Part shown: positions 58,101 to 64,000 of the stretch, in pieces
Numbering within the stretch: position 1 is the first letter of the stretch
How the letters are laid out: each line of letters opens with the position of its first letter
IMG/VR virus record: IMGVR_UViG_3300045988_171958
Location: 32,001-96,000 of that record
Direction: 5' to 3' (one strand)
Source: a virus
DNA length: 64,000 bases
Made by a program: the position numbers and the translations under genes
Notes under the pieces: generated by a model
What the model saw: the letters and a program-made list of their open reading frames with translations, nothing else
What the model was told of the DNA's origin: nothing
The model's database searches: none

Positions 58101-61100
58101 CAACTACAGTAATATTATTTTCTGTATTTTCTGTACAACCTATTGTACATTTGATAGGTTTATCTATTGTGGTAGTACTACTACATTTATCATAATTTTC
58201 ACCGTATTTTGTAAATGTTCCTTCTTTTATATTTAAAGAAGCTTTATTCCATTTTACTCCAGCAGTAGTAAACTTTGTGATATATGCTATATCTTCATTA
58301 TTTCCGGTTGCTGATATTGATGTATCTACTAAACAACTACAATTTATTTGATTTGATACTTTAAATGTTGCTGAATTAGTCTGTTCACCTGCAGTTTTAC
58401 CATTTTGAGTGACCTTAGTAGTAGCACTAGTACCAGTCTTTGTATAATCTAATTTTAAAGTACCTAATGGTCTACTATCTTGAGCTCCAGTTACACCTCC
58501 AATAACTTTATAAAATCCTACTTTATCTTTATTTTCTTTTATTTCTTTTGTTAAAATGTAAGAATCCTTTGTCCATATCCACTCATTAAATTCATCAGTA
58601 ATATTTTCTCCTCTTGGTTTAGGATTATTAGGATAATTTATTTTTACAGTTCTCTTAGTGTTATTACTTAATGTTACTCCAGTTACTCCTTTATCAGGAG
58701 TAAATGACCATTTATAATAATCATTAACATCTAATTTTTCTCCTGGTACCTCAACATCAAATGTAGATTGTCCATTAAATGTAGGATCAGAAGTATCTGT
58801 ATATGGACTATCAACATCAGGAACATTCCATGAAGTTGAAACAGATATAGTAAATTTACCATCTGAACCTGCAGTATAATTTGGACTATTTGTTGGTGTA
58901 ACATCATGTGTACCTTCTTCTGCTCCAACAGTTACATTATCCAATTTGATAGTTGTCCATGTTAATGATGCAGAATCTTGTGTATATGTACCTATATCTA
59001 ATGTAGTAGATTTAAAATCTTTATTACCAGAGACACTTAATGAACCTGATCCACTTTTTTTTCTACTACTAAATGTTAATATTGCTGGAAGGCTATCAGG
59101 ATATTCTGTTGAAGTACTACTACGTTTTGTCGGAGTTGATCCTACATACACATGTCCATCAGATAAAAATGGAGTGGCTAAATAACCTCCATAATCTTGT
59201 CCAAATCTATATAAGTTAAATTCTACAGTACCAGAATATCCTTCTGCTGAACTTACTGTAACAGAAATAATTTTACCTAAGCCTAGGTTATCCATACTAG
59301 TTCCTGGAGTTACAGATGAAACATTAACTGTTGCTGTGTTATTTTTATTACTATCTGTTCCTACCCAAGTATATTTAACACCAGTAATACTTGTACTATC
59401 ATTTTTCCAATCATCAGTACCTACCTTTGATTGTAATTGATAACCAGCAACTTTTAATTCCCATTTAGTTGAATCCCAATATATTTTTTTACTTGTATAA
59501 GCTTCTAAAGTAATCTTAATTCTAAATTGCTTCTGTTGGGATGTTATTGTAATTGTACTACTATTTAATTCATTATATTTATTATCACCATTAAACCATG
59601 CAACATAAATAACATAAGTTCCTGGTTTTGTTATATGTACAGTACTTTCTCCAGTAGTATCTAATGATTGCCAATTTTTAGTATCAGTACCTTCAACAAC
59701 TGCCATTTTAGCAGTATATGTAGTATCAACTAATGGGCCTACAGAACCAGATGATGATTTAGTTGTTGTTTGGGTATCGCCAATCCATCCATCTGGACTT
59801 TCTGGATGTATACTAAAACCATACATATAATTCCATGTCTTCTTACCAGTATGTTTGTAATTTACTGTTAAAGCAGATATTGATTTTACTCCTAAATATG
59901 TACTTACAGGAACATTATATTTAAATTCTTGACTTGAACCTTCAAATGTTGCAGTAGGTACAGTAGTTGGAAAATTACCTTCTGATAACTTATCGGAATA
60001 ATTATATATGTATGTACTTATATTCTCACTTGACCCAGTATCACCTGATGGGTTAGGATCTGGTGATGTTATATTAGATACAGTAAATGCGCCATAATCA
60101 ATAGATTCATTATAACTTTTATCGGCAGGACCCACTGGTTTAGATGTGGTACAATTTACTCCAGATGTTACAAAAGTATAAGCTATTTCATCATGCCAAC
60201 CTTCTTGCCCATTTTGTGGTACTGTTATTGAATTTCCTTCGTATGTTATACTACTATTATTAATATCTACTACTCTTATCTTAATAGTATGGTTTATTGG
60301 ATCTGCTGTTTTATAATATCCTGATGTATATTTGTATATTCCTTCATTTACATCAGTCCATTCATCAGAAGATTTCAAATCAAGAGAACAATCTCTATCC
60401 CATGTTGCATCATTGCTTTGTATATATTTAGTAGTAGAATCTGACCAACTTCCTGTATCTACTTTATATTGATATTTATAATTAGCAGGGTTGGGTTGTA
60501 CAGATCCGCTAAGTACAATACCATTGGCAGGGTTTGCAGGTTTAGAACTAATTATATTGCTACTTACAGATATTGAATAATCTTGCTTCTTACTAGTTGC
60601 AGATTCTGTTTCTACAGTACCTGATGATTTAGATATAATAATAGTTGCACCATACCAAGGAATAGTAGTATAATTTACACCAGGAGTAAGGTTTTTTTGT
60701 CCTGTAACATACAATTGTTTAGCTGATTTGAGACTATAATTGGCACTTGTACTCTTACCATCAACAGGGTATTTGGTGCTCCCATCACAACTATTTATAC
60801 CTTCACCAGTTCCTTTTATAGTAATAGTACCAGATATGTTAGTACCATTTTGAGATATAGTTATAGTAGATGGGCTTGGTGTCAGTACACCATCTTGATA
60901 AGTAGATCCTGAAAATGATATAGTGCCAGATGTTGCTGATGAATTTTTAGTAGTAGATGTAAATGTAAGTGTACCATCACTAGCAGAGGCATACCAATTA
61001 CCTATTATTGGCGGATTAGAAGCCAATGTTGCAGTAAAACTATCATCAGTATTGTCATTATTCCATGTTTTGCTTGCCTTAGAAAATGTCAAATCTTGAG

Positions 61101-63027
61101 TACCAGTATCTTTCCAGGATAATGTGGCATTTCCAAATGCATGATTAGCAGCACCTATAGCAGGAAGTTTGATATCTACACTTTTAAATTCTTTTAATGT
61201 CCAATATTCTTGATTTGTCGGAGTATTTGCGGTATTGGATATTGTCCAAGTACGTTCAGAAACACCTGAAGTAAAACCTTGTCTGAATGTAATATCTGGA
61301 TGTAACTTTATTGTAACATCACCTCCTTTATAAGATACTGCATCATTAGATCCTTTAGTTATAGTTACTTTACCACCACTATAAGTATTTACCCAAGGCC
61401 TGCTTATTGTTGGCATTATAACAGAAACAGATTTTGATGATGCGTTGTAATTCCATCCAGTTGTCTTTTCTGTACCATCTGAAGTTGATATTCCCCCTAT
61501 ACTAACAGTAGGCCAACCATGGCCATATCCATCATTATAAGTTGTAGTTGTCTTACTTCCTTGTGTGACTTTCCATTTCATATTGAATGATGGATTATTC
61601 CAATGCATTCCATGCTGTGTTAAAGTCAATGCTTGATATGGTTGACCTTTGATATCTTTAGGTGTAATGTTTTGTGCACAGCAATTGGTGACAGTCATAT
61701 TCTGTCTAAGTGTACAAGAACGAGCTGATCTATTAGTAGGAGGTGTCCAAGATACACCGGTAACAGAACCAGTAGTAGAACCACCGTTAGAAATAGAAGT
61801 ATTATTTAATGATAATGAAAGAGTACCACCAACACTTGGTTTGTCATCCCCTTGGTCATCAAATGTTACCTTTGTTGTATTTCCGGAGGTTGTAGAAAGA
61901 TGTGCCCAAGATGGATTGCTATCTATAGACCAAGCATAAGATATTCCTAACTTAGAACCTGGTTGCCATATTCTGAATGTATAAGCGTTAGTACCTGTAG
62001 GCATAGTAGAGCTTTTATTTATCATCAAACTGTATGTTACATCAACATATCTCTTATAAGAAGAGAAACCATCATCATTAGCAGTAGAAGTTGTGAATCT
62101 GTCATATTTACCATCATACCATGCTTTTGCTTCTACATTTACACTACCACCATCATAAGAAACAGAATTGTAATTATCATCATATTCGAAAACTAATCTC
62201 TTAGGATAAGTAGGCAGAGTATTGTATGTAAATGAAAGATAGTTAGTATTGTTCCAAGTAGCTGAATTCTTATATGGGTTATAAGTATAAGAATGATTTA
62301 TTCTGTATTCTGATTTATTGTTTGTTAATGTACAGAAAGTAGGAGAACTAGACTTTGCATCATCATGATTTGATATAGAAATATAGAGTTCTCCATAAGG
62401 ATCTGCTATATTATAGAAAGTTTGGAAAGCATCATATTTTTCTGTTACAACACGGCCACCAGTTGCTTTAGTCTTACCATCACTTTTATAGTTGTCATTT
62501 GTACCGTAATTATAGCTAGTTAAATCATATTTTATGCTTGGTTCATATTGTATTTTGTGTCTACGGTAACCTGCAGTAAAAGTTGTACCTTTTACAGATA
62601 AGTTAGTTCTAGATATGACGTTGTTGTTGGAATTACTGTAAGGACTTACACCATGCTTAGTATCATCTAATCCTGTTGGTTCAACAAATCTGGAATCTGT
62701 TTTGCTTCCAAATGGATAGAAATTGAAATCTCCATATACAGATCCAATCGTATTCTTATTAGCTGTTGCCCAATTGAAATAAGCAACATAATCATTACCA
62801 GTCTTTACTTCCCTATTAGGGCTAGTCATGTGATTAGTAGTATAGAAATAACAAGTAGTATTATTTCCTGTAAATTCTGCACCATTAGGATGAGGAATAG
62901 GTTGGGATACATTACCAGAATTTGCTAATTCTACAATAACCCAATCAGAATCATCAAAAGAATGTCCTCTTGTATTGTAATTGTAATTTCCACTATTTGA
63001 AGTAAAATAATTTCCGTAATCTGCCAT
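55150..63027 (-). CDS. giant (2625-aa) Ser/Thr/Asn-rich repetitive virion surface protein (tail-fibre / adhesin-like)
   Basis: Single uninterrupted ORF with beta-rich composition (T, S, N, G, Y, W) and no recognisable enzymatic motif. It contains two long tandem modules and lies in the structural strand block. Confidence 0.8.
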   Translation of the reverse strand: MADYGNYFTSNSGNYNYNTRGHSFDDSDWVIVELANSGNVSQPIPHPNGAEFTGNNTTCYFYTTNHMTSPNREVKTGNDYVAYFNWATANKNTIGSVYGDFNFYPFGSKTDSRFVEPTGLDDTKHGVSPYSNSNNNVISRTNLSVKGTTFTAGYRRHKIQYEPSIKYDLTSYNYGTNDNYKSDGKTKATGGRVVTEKYDAFQTFYNIADPYGELYISISNHDDAKSSSPTFCTLTNNKSEYRINHSYTYNPYKNSATWNNTNYLSFTYNTLPTYPKRLVFEYDDNYNSVSYDGGSVNVEAKAWYDGKYDRFTTSTANDDGFSSYKRYVDVTYSLMINKSSTMPTGTNAYTFRIWQPGSKLGISYAWSIDSNPSWAHLSTTSGNTTKVTFDDQGDDKPSVGGTLSLSLNNTSISNGGSTTGSVTGVSWTPPTNRSARSCTLRQNMTVTNCCAQNITPKDIKGQPYQALTLTQHGMHWNNPSFNMKWKVTQGSKTTTTYNDGYGHGWPTVSIGGISTSDGTEKTTGWNYNASSKSVSVIMPTISRPWVNTYSGGKVTITKGSNDAVSYKGGDVTIKLHPDITFRQGFTSGVSERTWTISNTANTPTNQEYWTLKEFKSVDIKLPAIGAANHAFGNATLSWKDTGTQDLTFSKASKTWNNDNTDDSFTATLASNPPIIGNWYASASDGTLTFTSTTKNSSATSGTISFSGSTYQDGVLTPSPSTITISQNGTNISGTITIKGTGEGINSCDGSTKYPVDGKSTSANYSLKSAKQLYVTGQKNLTPGVNYTTIPWYGATIIISKSSGTVETESATSKKQDYSISVSSNIISSKPANPANGIVLSGSVQPNPANYKYQYKVDTGSWSDSTTKYIQSNDATWDRDCSLDLKSSDEWTDVNEGIYKYTSGYYKTADPINHTIKIRVVDINNSSITYEGNSITVPQNGQEGWHDEIAYTFVTSGVNCTTSKPVGPADKSYNESIDYGAFTVSNITSPDPNPSGDTGSSENISTYIYNYSDKLSEGNFPTTVPTATFEGSSQEFKYNVPVSTYLGVKSISALTVNYKHTGKKTWNYMYGFSIHPESPDGWIGDTQTTTKSSSGSVGPLVDTTYTAKMAVVEGTDTKNWQSLDTTGESTVHITKPGTYVIYVAWFNGDNKYNELNSSTITITSQQKQFRIKITLEAYTSKKIYWDSTKWELKVAGYQLQSKVGTDDWKNDSTSITGVKYTWVGTDSNKNNTATVNVSSVTPGTSMDNLGLGKIISVTVSSAEGYSGTVEFNLYRFGQDYGGYLATPFLSDGHVYVGSTPTKRSSTSTEYPDSLPAILTFSSRKKSGSGSLSVSGNKDFKSTTLDIGTYTQDSASLTWTTIKLDNVTVGAEEGTHDVTPTNSPNYTAGSDGKFTISVSTSWNVPDVDSPYTDTSDPTFNGQSTFDVEVPGEKLDVNDYYKWSFTPDKGVTGVTLSNNTKRTVKINYPNNPKPRGENITDEFNEWIWTKDSYILTKEIKENKDKVGFYKVIGGVTGAQDSRPLGTLKLDYTKTGTSATTKVTQNGKTAGEQTNSATFKVSNQINCSCLVDTSISATGNNEDIAYITKFTTAGVKWNKASLNIKEGTFTKYGENYDKCSSTTTIDKPIKCTIGCTENTENNITVVAIPSAIIDRLKMNGISSNSSKTVVGPASNKMVKPKKRTIKYIWKLDGESYGETTNTIEVTTTPSTTGTRTFALDECTVTDEYENNSTYPEISGQTFITRYQLGYEWKFVVTTGTGYQYSVVIYSTKTQTQAETIEHLYWAENASTFNLNVYVRCWYRTTENGSDYNNWIEIDDPKVTYSWKDNGNIITEANGNNTKVDLEPGKGYNNSKDKIVTCTATYKETYHSTCTFTLKHYGQTYLNTVDDLSLVNDYNVFITMIPAKLSNKTPLYPKTLPGTIKFTSEKLNSIIDNGNGTLNLYDELIDINDCKSGNTSIKTGILIGKVTLDNGVLTWDNITLNTIDDKIMVSASGGNEPISASDEPKYEPGKDTFFKINVDTKWNIPIEDTPYTNAASTRFDPKVSTPDLTKPSTSLTYTYFKIPAGKLDVDNYYSWSFEPSEGIDETKVYLDSKTIKSKICHLIYDKNEGESGSIITPGVNNWTGNKLVKLLKEIDDKSNDTTNYSKKLEFYTVTGGVSTGIKERPLGTIKLEYTYNKNTASAPVVQQGTPNGKGTQSAEFEITKTFNCANLVIDKSISSEGAKIQSAYITKFTRIKKYENTTINVHEDNFKTDSTNYDKCKSVTSISKPIKCTIGATEDRTGIKVVSPFSAIIKLSKKNGKPVQNNTKVFIGPSFIENLPSNAIIKYNWLCDGKKYDKTTKTIEVTTTPDVIGIRTFKLDSVDISTTIENHEINKKYELKDYEWTFEVTSMTAIYNLYVYCGTNVNETNTTQTIEHTYFDTNASTFDLSVHIVCEMATSTDGVNFGDFIVIDDPGVTYNWDYGNSTTSTNKVTVSAGKNATDGNTTDVTCTISYGGSTASCTFTLKNYGATVDFTGTLTCSDDKTITAFDPQTYDTTASISDYKVTATSGTSTKDWTKTYNYTLNATKHTLTAVQGTDASTLGTSSYEYTFVCPIDKIPKNIHIGTDASTSHTVNLYCYGKSYYNQ
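55500..59230 (-). repeat. tandem duplication of a ~600-630-aa module inside the giant gene (diverged, protein-level)
   Basis: Matching landmarks about 1.8-1.9 kb apart: KLDVNDYYKWSFTPDKG (~58700-58740) and KLDVDNYYSWSFEPSEG (~56800-56840); CTFTLKHYGQTY (~57386-57424) and CTFTLKNYGATV (~55490-55530); IDKPIKCTIGCTEN and ISKPIKCTIGATED. A partial third copy of the module end is VEFNLYRFGQDYGG at ~59186-59227. Confidence 0.75.
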
Positions 63028-63062
63028 TTGATTTAAAGTCTTTCTATTTAGAAGTTATTGTC

Positions 63063-64000
63063 TTACTTACCATTTGTTGATCCTTTATACTTTAAAGAAT
63101 CTTTTTTGTAAAACAATTCTATATGTACATCGGTTTTCCAATTATTTGTTTTGTTCTTTCGACCTATCTGGAATTTTTCTGCCGACTCTGAATTTGCTTG
63201 ATATTTAGCCCAGTATTCACCGGATCTTCTCTTGGTGACCATATCTATACCGCTATCTTCATTATGTGTAGCTGTAGTATTTGTGGGTACATCAGAAAAA
63301 TTGATACATTCATATTTTTGAAATGTGTTTTCACTATTGTTTGCATATTCATCATTTGGCAAATCTGTCCAGATAGGTATTCTCACAAATTTGAATGCTT
63401 TAGTACCGCATACCTCAGCCCCATCTTTTAAACTTGTTGATATTGAATATCTGTTATAACTAGATTCACCTTCTGGTCTACCACCAACATTTCCAGGTTT
63501 AGTAGAATAATTAAGTAAGGTAGCGGTCAAGTACTCGTTGATATTATTAGGTACTACTGAGGTGATTCCTCTAGCAACAAGATTAGCTCCTATAGTACCT
63601 CCTATTTTTGGATCTGATTCTACACCATTCCACCATACTGTCTTACCTCCATCTGGACTTACTCCAAACTCTATATAAAGCAATATTTCTCTTCTTTTTA
63701 CATCCCAATTTGAATACCAATGCTCCAATACACTAGTAATTGGCGGATTTTCATAATCTGTATAATCCAAATTTACAAACTTCAGGTGGGTATAATAGAA
63801 AATGTTAGGTTTTTGCCAAACTTTCAATAAAGTGAATTCTTTAGGTAGGCTAGCATTTGGTAAAGAACGTTGACTTTCTTCATTTGTAAATGGAACTGTT
63901 CTTGGATGACCTAGCTTAGTAGATCCAAAAGTAGATGAAGGTTCAAAATATTCCCATCCTAAAGCTTCATTAACAAAACCTATGAATCTCACTTCAGTAT
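63063..64000 (-). CDS. hypothetical structural protein, 5'-truncated by the window edge
   Basis: The reading frame is open from 63063 to the window end; the M in the track is a GTG. It is co-oriented with the giant gene and 35 nt upstream of it. Confidence 0.65.
   Translation of the reverse strand, partial: TEVRFIGFVNEALGWEYFEPSSTFGSTKLGHPRTVPFTNEESQRSLPNASLPKEFTLLKVWQKPNIFYYTHLKFVNLDYTDYENPPITSVLEHWYSNWDVKRREILLYIEFGVSPDGGKTVWWNGVESDPKIGGTIGANLVARGITSVVPNNINEYLTATLLNYSTKPGNVGGRPEGESSYNRYSISTSLKDGAEVCGTKAFKFVRIPIWTDLPNDEYANNSENTFQKYECINFSDVPTNTTATHNEDSGIDMVTKRRSGEYWAKYQANSESAEKFQIGRKNKTNNWKTDVHIELFYKKDSLKYKGSTNGK

Noticed and set aside
1-64000. Stop-codon reassignment (TAG or TGA recoding), which is known from some large gut phages, together with a possible suppressor role for the tRNA-like gene
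   Set aside because: Under the standard code the window is densely and contiguously coding. TAA, TGA and TAG all end genes at sensible boundaries; TAG stops occur at 30994, 32232, 33633, 42780, 43490 and 46113. The only split conserved gene, nrdD, is explained by an intron. Recoding elsewhere in the genome cannot be excluded.

Overview
AT-rich (about one-third G+C by eye, not computed) 64-kb segment of a large tailed dsDNA phage. Gene content is T4-like: gp25/gp6-like baseplate genes, a gp32-like SSB, a GH24 endolysin, an intron-split nrdD plus nrdG, and a protein resembling T4 beta-glucosyltransferase. The host signals look Bacteroidota-like: TTTG / TAnnTT-type promoters, almost no Shine-Dalgarno sequences, and an OmpA-family protein with a Bacteroidota-style signal peptide.

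Layout:
- 311-15293, minus strand: virion and late-looking block. It holds an AAA+ ATPase, a ParB-like nuclease, baseplate genes and two RimK-like ATP-grasp ligases.
- 15382-25009, plus strand: an operon that looks like a nucleic-acid hypermodification system. It encodes a peptidase-U32-family enzyme coupled to a chorismate mutase, sugar-nucleotide enzymes, a BGT-like transferase and a dNMP-kinase-like protein, and it is interrupted by a homing-endonuclease-like gene.
- 25082-55097, plus strand: a long run of small early/middle genes. It includes the SSB, a lysis cassette, a DHH phosphoesterase, nrdD/nrdG, dnaK/dnaJ, a non-canonical tRNA-like gene and a metallophosphatase.
- 55150-64000, minus strand: a 2625-aa repetitive fibre/adhesin-like protein and a truncated neighbour.

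Non-coding signals I consider most notable:
- a very regular promoter, TTTGAAAT-N12-TTCTATATT-N4-TGT, seen about 20 times and often nested in an upstream hairpin;
- a family of four ~90-nt GC-rich structured elements in both orientations;
- a 292-nt group I intron in nrdD with readable P1 and P10 pairings;
- a ~240-nt candidate structured RNA at 51745-51984.

No CRISPR array, rRNA, integrase or evidence of stop-codon recoding was seen. All protein family calls come from motif recognition by eye, not from database searches.
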